A stretch of 64,000 nt of DNA, taken from positions 148,467 through 212,466 of the forward strand of contig CAYFNF010000003.1 of the NCBI GenBank assembly GCA_964344485.1. The letters are read 5' to 3'. The position numbers and the translations under genes were made by a program. This stretch comes from an uncultured Gammaproteobacteria bacterium. Lineage in GTDB: Bacteria > Patescibacteriota > Patescibacteriia > UBA9570 > XYC2-FULL-38-9. The notes below the pieces were generated by a model. It was not told the DNA's origin and did no database searches. It saw only the letters and a program-made list of their open reading frames with translations. This document shows, piece by piece, positions 52,437 to 62,171 of the stretch. Within the stretch, counting starts at the first letter, position 1, and each line of letters starts with the position of its first letter.

Positions 52437-53138
52437 ATGAATTGTACAATTGATCAACAACTGTTTACGCAGTTCCCGTCTTTGAATATCGGCATTCTGG
52501 TTGTGCGTGGAATTGATAATGCTGGTACATCCGAGGAAGTGGCGCAGCTGTTGCGTGAACAAGAAACACGAATTAAAGCACAACATAACCTGGAAACACT
52601 ATCCGAACAGCCCCAGATTCATGCGTGGAGAGAGGCGTATCGATGGTTTGGTGCAAAGCCTAAGAAATATCGATGCTCTGTTGAAAATCTCTATCGCATG
52701 GTGCTAGAAGATGTAGAGCTGCGACACATCAACAAGCTGGTTGATATCTATAATGTCATGTCGCTCAAGCACATGGTACCGGTTGGGGGAGATGACTTGG
52801 ATAAGATTGACGGTGGCTTGACGTTAACCGTGGCAACAGGAGATGAACCGTTTACGCAATTAAACGCCGAAAAAACTACACACCCCAAAGAGGGCGAAGT
52901 GGTCTACAGGGACGACAAAGAAGTGCTCTGCCGCCGATGGAACTGGAGAGAGTGTGATAAATCCAAAATGACAGAACAGACCACGAACGCACTATTAGTT
53001 GTTGAAGCGCTCCCGCCAACAACCGAACAAGACCTTCAAACAGCAATACAAGACCTTCAATCTCTTGCCCAGCAGTACTGCGGTGGTACAAGTGAAATAC
53101 ATATATTAAATAGCGCAACTCCGAGCTGCGCTATTTAA
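52437..53138 (+). CDS. B3/B4 tRNA-binding domain-containing protein
   Basis: HAWREAYRWFGAKPKKYRCSVENLYRMV...INKLVDIYNVMSLKHMVPVGGDDLDKI follows the B3/4 (PheT-like) stand-alone domain pattern. Confidence 0.65.
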   Translation: MNCTIDQQLFTQFPSLNIGILVVRGIDNAGTSEEVAQLLREQETRIKAQHNLETLSEQPQIHAWREAYRWFGAKPKKYRCSVENLYRMVLEDVELRHINKLVDIYNVMSLKHMVPVGGDDLDKIDGGLTLTVATGDEPFTQLNAEKTTHPKEGEVVYRDDKEVLCRRWNWRECDKSKMTEQTTNALLVVEALPPTTEQDLQTAIQDLQSLAQQYCGGTSEIHILNSATPSCAI

Positions 53139-53161
53139 AGAGAACTTGATATCAGAACTAA

Positions 53162-54031
53162 CTACCGCATCTTCTTGTTCTTTTGCGCACGTAATGCGAG
53201 TATTTCGTCGTACACTTGTTTGCTATACCCTTCTAGATCGTCCTCAGTTCGATACTCAGTAATATGCGGGCTAATAAACGCCTTGTCTTTCTTTAAGTAG
53301 AATCGCTTCGCACCAATAGCGTCCAGTATCACCTGTGTTGGTTCAAGAGTAATCAGCTCCCTCCCCCATTTCATTTTATCTAAGTCATAGATTATTGAGA
53401 GTGCTATCACGATAATTGGCGGGAATGTTAATACAATTGTTTTATACAAGAAGTGCGAGGTGTCCAAGAAAAGCGTTGAAAGAAAAATCACAATTGAGAG
53501 CGCGATCAGGATGAGCCACTCAGTAAAGAATAAACGCTCGCGGTAGAGTGTGTTCATTTTAATAGTAGATTGCGTATAGGTATTATGGCTGATCATCATG
53601 TACTCAAAATACAGCTCGTCTTTCTTTTGATTAATATCTACTAACTCAAACGTTTTAGCTACATCGTTATAGTACGGCTCTTCGAACTGACCTTCATCCC
53701 AAAGAATAGACTCATCAGCAATTGCACTCATCTCCATACGCTTTTTAAACTCTTTCTCAAACTTCGGGTTCTTTAGATAGAAGTATTCTGCACGACGGAC
53801 TAAATTCATACCAGAAGCTGATCGGTCTCCTTGCAGTGAACGGATCTCTGTATAGCGAGTCCAGAGCTCTGAGATAAAAAATCCAACCAGTAATCCAAAT
53901 AGGATACTGGAGATGCTCAGGATTACCCCGATGATTTCAATATCTGCGCTTGGGAACCCAAAACCGAACTTAATAATCGCAATAACAATCATTGTTACAG
54001 CGATAAGTATAATGGTTCTCCAGTTCTTCAT
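53162..54031 (-). CDS. Hypothetical membrane protein
   Basis: 289 aa with two N-terminal and two C-terminal TM segments flanking a soluble region. Confidence 0.55.
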   Translation of the reverse strand: MKNWRTIILIAVTMIVIAIIKFGFGFPSADIEIIGVILSISSILFGLLVGFFISELWTRYTEIRSLQGDRSASGMNLVRRAEYFYLKNPKFEKEFKKRMEMSAIADESILWDEGQFEEPYYNDVAKTFELVDINQKKDELYFEYMMISHNTYTQSTIKMNTLYRERLFFTEWLILIALSIVIFLSTLFLDTSHFLYKTIVLTFPPIIVIALSIIYDLDKMKWGRELITLEPTQVILDAIGAKRFYLKKDKAFISPHITEYRTEDDLEGYSKQVYDEILALRAQKNKKMR

Positions 54032-54035
54032 AGTG

Positions 54036-54725
54036 TTATTTGTAATGCTTATTGAGTAGTTTTAGAACTTTCTTTCCAACACGCTTACCAGAGTTCGACT
54101 TCGGATGCCCGTCATACGGATCAGAGACATATTTCCGCTTCATATACCAGTGTTTTGGTCCTGTAAGCTGATAGAATAACCGGAATGAGTCTAAATTATC
54201 ACCGTTGTAATCTGAGATGTAGCGTTTTTTCAACCACTTATCAAACTTCTTTGCGCGCTTGGCGTTTGCTTTGCTGGTCATCTGTCTTGGTAGTGGAGGT
54301 GTAGACCACGGGATAAATAGCACATCTGGATGCGCTTGAAATATATCGTACAGTTTTCGATACTCCTTTTTATACTCGTTCAACTGTGCCTTGGATGAAA
54401 TATCACTATTTGGATAACATGATTTAAACATCAAGACGTCTGGAGTACCAATAATATCCCAAGAATCTGGATCAGAGAGCTGATCATGCCAGTCATTATA
54501 ATCTGTCGCTCCATCCCACCACGGTGCGCGCAGGTCGTATCCGTTGTTTTCTAGCTTGGTTTTCATGCCTCCGTCACGATAGATCTCTCCAGTAGAGTGA
54601 TGGATAAAAAAGACCTCTACATCAGCGGCTTCGCCCGCAAACGGGAAACAAAAAAACGCGCAGGAGATGAGCGTTGTTGTTAATCCAATGCCAATAATTC
54701 TCATATTGTTTGCGTTACTTATCAC
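54036..54725 (-). CDS. Secreted hypothetical protein
   Basis: 229 aa with an N-terminal signal/anchor (GIGLTTTLISCAFFCFPFAGEA). No diagnostic motif. Confidence 0.55.
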   Translation of the reverse strand: MISNANNMRIIGIGLTTTLISCAFFCFPFAGEAADVEVFFIHHSTGEIYRDGGMKTKLENNGYDLRAPWWDGATDYNDWHDQLSDPDSWDIIGTPDVLMFKSCYPNSDISSKAQLNEYKKEYRKLYDIFQAHPDVLFIPWSTPPLPRQMTSKANAKRAKKFDKWLKKRYISDYNGDNLDSFRLFYQLTGPKHWYMKRKYVSDPYDGHPKSNSGKRVGKKVLKLLNKHYK

Positions 54726-54898
54726 TTAGTATTATATACTTTTTCCATGCGCAGAACAATGTTTTACTTTTTTAGTACAGCATGTTACAGTGCTCGTATG
54801 ATATTCATCAATGCACAATATACCGCCTGTTCATGTTCTCTTGAGTACGCCTCGAGGGATTTGTGTTTGTGTTAACTAGAACTATCAAACTTCTCCTT

Positions 54899-54918
54899 GG
54901 GGCTCGGCCCCGTTTTTT
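54899..54918 (+). terminator. Terminator-like hairpin 20 nt upstream of the cysK start (possible attenuator)
   Basis: GGGGC-TCG-GCCCC followed by G and TTTTTT. Confidence 0.45.
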
Positions 54919-54937
54919 AATTAATAAAACAACTACT

Positions 54938-55825
54938 ATGAATACTACACTACTACACACCGTTGGAAATACCCCGCTCATTCAGTTGCACCATATTGTA
55001 CCGAACCCGCGGGTGCGATTACTTGCGAAGCTTGAAGGGCAAAATCCCGGCGGATCAATAAAGGACCGCGTCGCACTGTTTATGGTCGAGCAAGCAGAGT
55101 CGCGGAGGGAGCTACTTACTGGAAAAACCATTATTGAAGCCACGAGTGGAAATATGGGCATTGCGCTAGCACTCGTTGGTGCTCAGAAGAGATATCCTGT
55201 CCACATCGTCATGTCTGAGGGTATGAGCCAAGAACGCAGGAAGATGTTACGTGCTCTGGATGCTAAATTAACATTAACACCCGCTCTTCAAGGGACACAA
55301 GGTGCGATCGAACATGTCCATCAGTTACTTGCTGATGCACCAGATCAATACTGGTTCGCCGACCAATTTAATAATCCGGATAATGCTCGCGCTCACCATG
55401 ATTGGACTGCTGGAGAATTACTCGAGCAGGAGCCTGATATCGATGTACTCATTGCAGGTCTGGGAACTACCGGAACCATGATGGGCATGGCTGAGCGGTT
55501 TAGAACTGACTCGCCACATACGCAGCTCATTGGTGTCGTACCTCCGCCTGGATACGCTGTTCAAGGCCTACAACATCCGGAGCAGGACTTCTCTGGTCGA
55601 CTGTTTGACCGAGAATTACTTGATCAGCAGCTTCAAATCTCCGCGAAAGATGCGTATGAAACCGCACGACTGATTGCCAGAAAAGAAGGGTTATTTGTAG
55701 GCATGAGCTCCGGTGCTGCAATTGCTGCAGCGCTAGAATACAGCAAAACATTGGATTCTGGCACGATTGTGGTTATAATACCTGATAGAGGGGAGAAATA
55801 CTTAAGTACTTCATTATATCAATAA
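54938..55825 (+). CDS. cysK: Cysteine synthase (O-acetylserine sulfhydrylase), PLP-dependent
   Basis: GNTPLIQL, the PLP-lysine motif NPGGSIKDR, and TSGNMGIALA. The start is set at MNTTLLHTVGNTPL (M26 of the track ORF). Confidence 0.85.
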   Translation: MNTTLLHTVGNTPLIQLHHIVPNPRVRLLAKLEGQNPGGSIKDRVALFMVEQAESRRELLTGKTIIEATSGNMGIALALVGAQKRYPVHIVMSEGMSQERRKMLRALDAKLTLTPALQGTQGAIEHVHQLLADAPDQYWFADQFNNPDNARAHHDWTAGELLEQEPDIDVLIAGLGTTGTMMGMAERFRTDSPHTQLIGVVPPPGYAVQGLQHPEQDFSGRLFDRELLDQQLQISAKDAYETARLIARKEGLFVGMSSGAAIAAALEYSKTLDSGTIVVIIPDRGEKYLSTSLYQ

Positions 55826-56431
55826 ATGAGCTCTCAATACCAAGATTTATTGAGCGAACTGACGGACTCGCTGTCACCGGAAGAGGCGTTTGTTCGTGTC
55901 TGTACATATGTAAGAGATATTCCATATCAATTCATTGGCAGCCGAGATATCGATAGCATGTTACAAGCAGGTGCTGGAACGTGCAATGCAAAACACATGT
56001 TGCTGCACGAGCTACTGAAAGGGCTGGGATATGAAACAGAGTATGTGATAGATGAGTTCCAGCTGACAGATTTGCTCGCAGGCATAAGCTCTTCTGATCC
56101 TCAGGTAGCACAGCTACGGCAAATGGCTACAGAGATTGAACCGTATTACCATACGTACCTGAAAGTGAAAAAGAATGAGGCCTGGATCTCTTTAGACGTC
56201 TCATTTGATACACCATTAGCTGTATACGGATTTCCTGTCGACCTAGATTGGGATGGAACCAGAGACATGCAATTATTTCACACGCCGCTCAAAACGACTG
56301 CTGTAGAAGGATCGCCGGATGCATTCAAAAAACAATTAGTTCAAAGAGAATCTCCTGAGAACAAAAAAAAGAGAAAAGAGTTCTTTCGTGTATTGAACTC
56401 ATTATTAGAATCATTCAGATCGTCATTATGA
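55826..56431 (+). CDS. Transglutaminase-like domain protein
   Basis: GAGTCNAKHMLLHELLKGLGYE resembles the catalytic-Cys region of transglutaminase-like cysteine peptidases. The gene starts directly after the cysK stop. Confidence 0.45.
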   Translation: MSSQYQDLLSELTDSLSPEEAFVRVCTYVRDIPYQFIGSRDIDSMLQAGAGTCNAKHMLLHELLKGLGYETEYVIDEFQLTDLLAGISSSDPQVAQLRQMATEIEPYYHTYLKVKKNEAWISLDVSFDTPLAVYGFPVDLDWDGTRDMQLFHTPLKTTAVEGSPDAFKKQLVQRESPENKKKRKEFFRVLNSLLESFRSSL

Positions 56432-56970
56432 ACAAAAAAGAAAAAATCGCATTTATTAAGGTCAGTGCATTTCTGATTGCAGTGTTAGTTATAGTATTGG
56501 TTGCCAGCTATGGACTGTTTACTGGGGTGACATTAAAGATCTCAAAACCCGTTTTTTCAGAAGCCCAGAGAGTGCTTAACCCCTCAATAGAGGTTGTAGA
56601 CTCTGCTGACCCAGTCATTAAAGTTGATTCAACAACTGAAACTGATGCAGTAAGTGCGGATATCATTACGGACTTTACTGCGCCTGACAGAAGTACTACA
56701 GAACGGACGTTGCGGACATTTTGGTGGGCAGCTCAGCAAGGTGACACTAAAACAGCGCTCACGTGCGTCGATCAAGACAAAGTATCACAAGGGAGAGATG
56801 GTCGAGATATTCATGAACATATCGACATCATTAAAGATATACCATTTGAAGAGTTCACGGTTGTTACCAGAGAACAAGGGGCATCAGTGCGCCTTCTAAC
56901 GTACTTTATGGACTATGACATGGAACAACAAGAAGATGGTAGTTGGGTCATCGTCTCTATTCATCCGTAA
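56428..56970 (+). CDS. Hypothetical membrane-anchored protein
   Basis: 180 aa with an N-terminal TM segment (VSAFLIAVLVIVLVASYGLF). A 4-nt ATGA overlap with the upstream gene. Confidence 0.55.
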   Translation: MNKKEKIAFIKVSAFLIAVLVIVLVASYGLFTGVTLKISKPVFSEAQRVLNPSIEVVDSADPVIKVDSTTETDAVSADIITDFTAPDRSTTERTLRTFWWAAQQGDTKTALTCVDQDKVSQGRDGRDIHEHIDIIKDIPFEEFTVVTREQGASVRLLTYFMDYDMEQQEDGSWVIVSIHP

Positions 56971-57028
56971 ATCGTACTAATACGGTTCTCGCCTTTCCAG
57001 AACACGTGTAAACTTTTATAATACGTGT

Positions 57029-59071
57029 ATGTCTGCATCCACACCACTATCACAGTTACACGGAGTCGGGCCTTCAATAATGAAGCGTTTGAAAGTTCTT
57101 GGCATTACCACCACACATGATTTAATGTGGCACTTTCCACGTCAGTATGAGGACCGTTCACTCATGACTGATATTATTGACGTAGAACCGGATAGCAAAG
57201 TGACTATCCACGGCACGATTGAAAAAATACAGTCACGTCAGTCGTGGAAACGTCGTATCAACCTCACTGAAGCAACTGTTACTGATACTACAGGATCTAT
57301 AAAAGCGATCTGGTTTAACCAGCCGTACGTAGCAAACACACTAAAAAAGGGGGATACAGTACAGCTCTCTGGTCAAGTAAAGAAAACCAAGTACGGAACG
57401 TCTCTGCAGAGCCCGGTCTATGAGAAAGTATTTGAAGAAAAAGATACGACGCATACTGGGCGCATTGTTCCAAAGTACTCCCTGACAAAGGGTGTAACGC
57501 AAAAGCAACTTCGGTATTTTATGAAGCAGGCGCTGGAAATAGAACTCCCGGTTGAGGATTACGTCCCTGAAGAGATACTACAGGAGTACGAATTATTTCC
57601 TTTAGCTGATGCACTGCAACATATTCACTTCCCCACTTCTGAGCAGGACTTTCTTCAAGCAAAACAACGATGTGACTTCGACTCACTCTATATCATTCAG
57701 CTCTATGCGCAGCTCCTGCGTCAAGAGTTGCAATCTCAGCAAGCCTCCAGTATCGAGTTCCAGGAACGTGCGATAAAACACTTTGTTGACGAGCTCCCGT
57801 TTACGTTAACCAATGCACAAAAGAAAGCATCATGGGCCATTCTACAGGATGTAGAGAAACAGACCCCGATGAACCGGCTGCTTATTGGAGATGTTGGATC
57901 AGGAAAAACCATAGTGGCAGCGATCGCGATGTTGAATGCAGTTTTAAATGGCGCGCAAGCTGCGCTCATGGCGCCAACAGAGATTCTAGCAAAACAGCAC
58001 TATCAGACACTACAAGAAGTATTTGACACAAAGAACATCACGATTGAATTGCTCACTGGTTCTACAAAAAACGGACCAAAGCAACAACAGCTTGAAGGGT
58101 GTGCGTCTGATATCGTTGTCGGTACACACGCGTTAATTCAAGAGAGCGTCACGTTTAACAATTTAGGTCTAGCTATAGTGGATGAGCAACATCGGTTTGG
58201 GGTAGAACAACGAAAAGCGCTGAAATACCAGTCTGGGGATGAAAAAACTGCGCCGCATCTGCTGTCCATGACCGCCACCCCGATTCCACGAACATTAGCG
58301 CTAGCATTATACGGAGACTTAGACCTCTCTATTATTGATGAACTACCGACAGGTAGAAAGCCAGTCACTACGAATCTTGTTCCCCCAAACAAGCGAGAGG
58401 ATGCATATGGATTTATCCGGGAACACCTCGACCGCGGAGAGCAGTGTTTTGTGGTCTGCCCTCTGATTGATCCTTCGGATACGCTGGAAGTCAAAGCTGT
58501 CACCACAGAGTATGAACACTTGTGCAACGAAGTGTTTCCTGAGTACCAGTTAGAGATTCTACACGGAAAGATTCAGCCACAGGAGAAAGATGATATCATG
58601 CAACGCATGCGTAATAAGGAGATCGACATCTTGGTCTCCACATCTGTTATTGAAGTTGGAGTAGATATTCCGAATGCGACAATTATCGTAATTGAAGGTG
58701 CGGACAGATTTGGATTAGCACAACTACATCAATTCCGTGGTCGAGTCGGTCGTTCTGATACACAGTCATACTGCTTGCTCTTCTCCGAATCAGATAATGA
58801 ACAGACTATTAAACGGCTACAGGTACTGACGAACACCTATGATGGATTCAAGCTTGCAGAACAAGACTTACAGCTGCGTGGAGCTGGAGAGTTCTTTGGT
58901 AAAAATCAGACCGGGTTCTCCCCATTAGCAATGCTTGCGTACCAGCAGCCACAATTACTAAACAGTGCTCGCTCAGCAGCAAAACAAACACTAGCGAAGG
59001 ATTATATCTCTTCCACGCCATTGCTAAAAAAGAAAATCACTGAATTTACAAAAAGCATCCACTTAGAGTGA
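57029..59071 (+). CDS. recG: ATP-dependent DNA helicase RecG
   Basis: Wedge/OB N-terminus, GDVGSGKT, DEQHRFG, MTATPIPRT and QLHQFRGRVGR. A TATAAT box at 57017-57022 lies 6 nt upstream of the ATG. Confidence 0.95.
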   Translation: MSASTPLSQLHGVGPSIMKRLKVLGITTTHDLMWHFPRQYEDRSLMTDIIDVEPDSKVTIHGTIEKIQSRQSWKRRINLTEATVTDTTGSIKAIWFNQPYVANTLKKGDTVQLSGQVKKTKYGTSLQSPVYEKVFEEKDTTHTGRIVPKYSLTKGVTQKQLRYFMKQALEIELPVEDYVPEEILQEYELFPLADALQHIHFPTSEQDFLQAKQRCDFDSLYIIQLYAQLLRQELQSQQASSIEFQERAIKHFVDELPFTLTNAQKKASWAILQDVEKQTPMNRLLIGDVGSGKTIVAAIAMLNAVLNGAQAALMAPTEILAKQHYQTLQEVFDTKNITIELLTGSTKNGPKQQQLEGCASDIVVGTHALIQESVTFNNLGLAIVDEQHRFGVEQRKALKYQSGDEKTAPHLLSMTATPIPRTLALALYGDLDLSIIDELPTGRKPVTTNLVPPNKREDAYGFIREHLDRGEQCFVVCPLIDPSDTLEVKAVTTEYEHLCNEVFPEYQLEILHGKIQPQEKDDIMQRMRNKEIDILVSTSVIEVGVDIPNATIIVIEGADRFGLAQLHQFRGRVGRSDTQSYCLLFSESDNEQTIKRLQVLTNTYDGFKLAEQDLQLRGAGEFFGKNQTGFSPLAMLAYQQPQLLNSARSAAKQTLAKDYISSTPLLKKKITEFTKSIHLE

Positions 59072-59094
59072 ATGCTTTGAATAATACTATACCT

Positions 59095-60081
59095 TTAATA
59101 TGAACAGCCGTGCCCGGTCCATTCGTAGTGCATGTAGTCTTTTACACTGCTCCAATCTCCGCCCCACATAAACCCTTCATTCTTAAACGCATTGATTAAC
59201 CAATCTGGATAGTCACAAGCGTCTGTTCCAGTAGTAGCGTTGTAGTTTGCACACATATCTGAGGAGAATTTCTCAGTGGTGTAACACGACATGGTTTTTT
59301 TACAGTTTGGATTGTTGCTCCAATTCACATCAATAGCAAAGCCGAATGAGTGATTACTGTAACACGAGGGATTGTTTACGTTTTGACGCCAGGCCCATGT
59401 TCCCGTATGACCAAATTCAATATCATATTGAGATGACGGGTGACCGTAATTATATGCAGCTATGGTTGCAAATGCATTTTCAAACGCGAGCTGTGCATCT
59501 TTATGGACTGCAAGTGTTTTTGCATGGTCGTCCACTCCATCATCAACCGTAATGCGCACTAAGTAATTTGTGTCCACGTAATCCTTATCAAATAAATTCT
59601 CATACTTTCCTGCTAGGCAGGTCTGCATACCACTTGTACAGTTGCTAGGATCACCATCTGCCATAAATGACAGTTCTGGTACGTCAATATCTCCATAGAT
59701 AGTAAATGTTGGACTGATCATATTAATGATAGTCCACGAAAGAAGTGCGATAACCAAACCGATCAGTGCATTCGTAATACGATCCTTCCCTTCGGATACT
59801 TTCTCTTTATTTCCAGCTGCTAGCGCCCATTGCGCACCACCAAAGATTATCATCCCTACTGCAACAATCGCGATACCGCTCACCAAGAACTGGTACATTG
59901 CAGCAAGATAGTTTGGCAGATACGGTTCAGTAATATTCTGCAGTACTCCAAGGCCAACTTCTAGTTTGATCACCGCCGCTGAGACTACCATAGGAAACGC
60001 TCCACAAAAAGCCATCACAGTCGTCAGTATTCTCCGCGGAGTGAAGCGAATTGATGATGTGTGTATTGTTTTTCGAGACAT
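59095..60081 (-). CDS. Pilin-like (TrbC/VirB2-type two-helix) N-terminal module fused to an M15 family peptidoglycan peptidase domain
   Basis: The N-terminus has a signal sequence followed by YLAAMYQFLVSGIAIVAVGMIIFGGAQWALAAGNKEKVSEGKDRITNALIGLVIALLSWTIINMI. The C-terminus has SNHSFGFAIDVN (S-x-H-x-x-G-x-A-x-D) and GGDWSSVKDYMHYEW (D-x-x-H), the M15 zinc peptidase motifs. Confidence 0.7.
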   Translation of the reverse strand: MSRKTIHTSSIRFTPRRILTTVMAFCGAFPMVVSAAVIKLEVGLGVLQNITEPYLPNYLAAMYQFLVSGIAIVAVGMIIFGGAQWALAAGNKEKVSEGKDRITNALIGLVIALLSWTIINMISPTFTIYGDIDVPELSFMADGDPSNCTSGMQTCLAGKYENLFDKDYVDTNYLVRITVDDGVDDHAKTLAVHKDAQLAFENAFATIAAYNYGHPSSQYDIEFGHTGTWAWRQNVNNPSCYSNHSFGFAIDVNWSNNPNCKKTMSCYTTEKFSSDMCANYNATTGTDACDYPDWLINAFKNEGFMWGGDWSSVKDYMHYEWTGHGCSY

Positions 60082-60162
60082 GTAAAATCTCTAATCAAAT
60101 AGTGTCAATACTATTGTACAAGAAAATAGCAAAAAGTCAATCTACAATCCTCCTACACTCCC

Positions 60163-60909
60163 TTATCCCTCTTGCTGAATTTTTTCGATCTCCTGCTCTA
60201 CTAACACGCGCATCTCTTCAATCGTCTTCTCTCCAGTAACAAAAGTATCATTAATGAAGTACGATGGGGCTGAGTCAATCTGCAATGTCTTTGCAATATA
60301 GTATCCTTGTACAACGAGTTGCTTTTTTGATGTACCTGAGACGCACTCAGAAAACGTTTCAGTGTCTAAACCAATATCTTCAGCAATGGAGACCCAAGGA
60401 TTCAGAATAAACTGGTCTTGATCAAAGAATAGGAGATCATGGTACGCCCAAAAAGAATCCTGGTCTTGTGCGCAGCGTGCTGCCATAGCAGCGGTCTCAG
60501 AATTTTCATGTAATCGTGGAATTGGAAAGTCCTTCCACACATGCAAAACATCATTCGGATACTCTTGAACAATCTGCTCTATAATCGGGGACATGCGTTT
60601 ACACGCTTCACATTCAAAATCACCAAATTCAACGATAGTTACTGTTGGGCTCGCTGCGCCGCGCTGCGGATCAGTTGTTAATGGTCTGGGTGTGCTATCA
60701 CTCCCGTCAATTCCAGAGGGTACTTGAGTAATCAGCGGGTCGTACGGCATGGCACTGCCGGAGACCACCTCTCCATTGGTCGCGGTCTCAGTCCCTTGAT
60801 CAATATCTGACGCAGCATGATTTGTTACTGTAGCGCTTGCAACAAATAAAATGGCGATACAAACAGCACCGAGAACAAATATAAGAACTGCGCGGTTTTT
60901 CTTTTCCAT
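60163..60909 (-). CDS. DsbA-like thiol:disulfide oxidoreductase (membrane-anchored)
   Basis: An N-terminal TM segment and a thioredoxin fold with a CxxC active site (FGDFECEACKR). Confidence 0.75.
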   Translation of the reverse strand: MEKKNRAVLIFVLGAVCIAILFVASATVTNHAASDIDQGTETATNGEVVSGSAMPYDPLITQVPSGIDGSDSTPRPLTTDPQRGAASPTVTIVEFGDFECEACKRMSPIIEQIVQEYPNDVLHVWKDFPIPRLHENSETAAMAARCAQDQDSFWAYHDLLFFDQDQFILNPWVSIAEDIGLDTETFSECVSGTSKKQLVVQGYYIAKTLQIDSAPSYFINDTFVTGEKTIEEMRVLVEQEIEKIQQEG

Positions 60910-60912
60910 ATG

Positions 60913-62151
60913 TTACTCTAATTCAATCTTAATTAAGCTGCCAGTGGTGGAGTCTTTAAAATAGAGCGTCTCTTCATCGTCGGACACGACCATATAATCG
61001 ACCGAATATGACGCTGTTCCATTTTCATCCACTGGAGTTGCTAGCTTAGTTTTAATTCCGGTGCTCAAATTAATCTTATAGATATCGTCCGCAACATCAT
61101 TCAGTAGTCGCGGTTCTAAACCGTATGCATCTACATCTTCTGCTGGGATGCCACAGTACGCGGTACCGCCATCACTACTGATCGTACATTTATCAGCAAA
61201 CGTATTAACGTTCAACTCTTTTCTATTTTTACCGATATCATCGCCATCCGAGTCCACAATCCATAGCGACGGTTTATAACCTGTACTACTGGAGTAGACG
61301 CTATAGAGTGCTTGCTTTCCGTCGGGTGTGTATTGATATTGCAGGCCCTTACCTTCAACAATGGTTCCTTTAAAGTTCTCTCCTTTTAATCCGATAAAAC
61401 CAAGTTCTTGCCTATTAAAATCAATAAACTCTGCCCAAGTAGCAGCGACTTTCCCAGTCGGAGACCACTCGACATTCACGCGATGTGCATTATTTCCAAG
61501 TGACTCTAACGTCCGTGCTGATGAGCCGTCAGGGCTGGACACTGCAAGTACTCGACGTTCTGGATCGATATGCATGTACTTGAATGCAATCTGATTTGAT
61601 GTCGGAGAGAAATCAAACTCTTCGTACTCCTTCGGTAGAGTGACTTGTGTATTTGAGTCCAGATCATAGTAGACATTAGTACCATCGGGAAATTCTAAGA
61701 TAGTTTCATTTGTTGTGTCTGCCCATGTGACTGTATCTACTGAGCTAAATCGGGCATCACTCAATGCGGTAACCTCACCGTCTGCATTTACTTTATAGAA
61801 CTTTCCGTCTTCTGCGTCATAGTAGCGCAGCGTACCATCTTTTGCTACTGACGGATCCTGTGCGTCTGTATCCGGAGTAAGAATGTCGGTTGCGGTATTT
61901 CCGCCTAACGCAACAGCGTCCACACCTGGAACAGTGGTGGTGGTATTGATGTTTGGCTCTGCGTTGTTTACATTCTCAAGTAACTCATTCACATTCGGGA
62001 GGCCGATATTAGCGTTGTTCACATTTTCATTGGTAACATCAGGCGGCGGTTGTCTAAAAAACACAATATACAGTAAATATGCAAGAGCGATCACTGTGAC
62101 CACAAAAAGTATGATCAACAGCGTTCTTTTTAATTTAGGGTTTAGTGCCAT
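60913..62151 (-). CDS. Membrane-anchored TolB-like beta-propeller protein
   Basis: An N-terminal TM segment and repeated PD40-like motifs (SSPDGSSARTL, WSPTGKVAATW, YTPDGKQALYSV, ISSDGGTAYC). Confidence 0.65.
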   Translation of the reverse strand: MALNPKLKRTLLIILFVVTVIALAYLLYIVFFRQPPPDVTNENVNNANIGLPNVNELLENVNNAEPNINTTTTVPGVDAVALGGNTATDILTPDTDAQDPSVAKDGTLRYYDAEDGKFYKVNADGEVTALSDARFSSVDTVTWADTTNETILEFPDGTNVYYDLDSNTQVTLPKEYEEFDFSPTSNQIAFKYMHIDPERRVLAVSSPDGSSARTLESLGNNAHRVNVEWSPTGKVAATWAEFIDFNRQELGFIGLKGENFKGTIVEGKGLQYQYTPDGKQALYSVYSSSTGYKPSLWIVDSDGDDIGKNRKELNVNTFADKCTISSDGGTAYCGIPAEDVDAYGLEPRLLNDVADDIYKINLSTGIKTKLATPVDENGTASYSVDYMVVSDDEETLYFKDSTTGSLIKIELE

Positions 62152-62171
62152 ATAAATACTATCTTAATAAT

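Noticed and set aside
54726-54937. A SAM-I (S-box) riboswitch upstream of cysK, suggested by CTCTTGAGTACGCCTCGAGGGA.
   Set aside because: The conserved SAM-I core elements I recall (GGNGGAGGGA...GGCCC...GCAACC) are not present. Only a generic attenuator hypothesis is retained.
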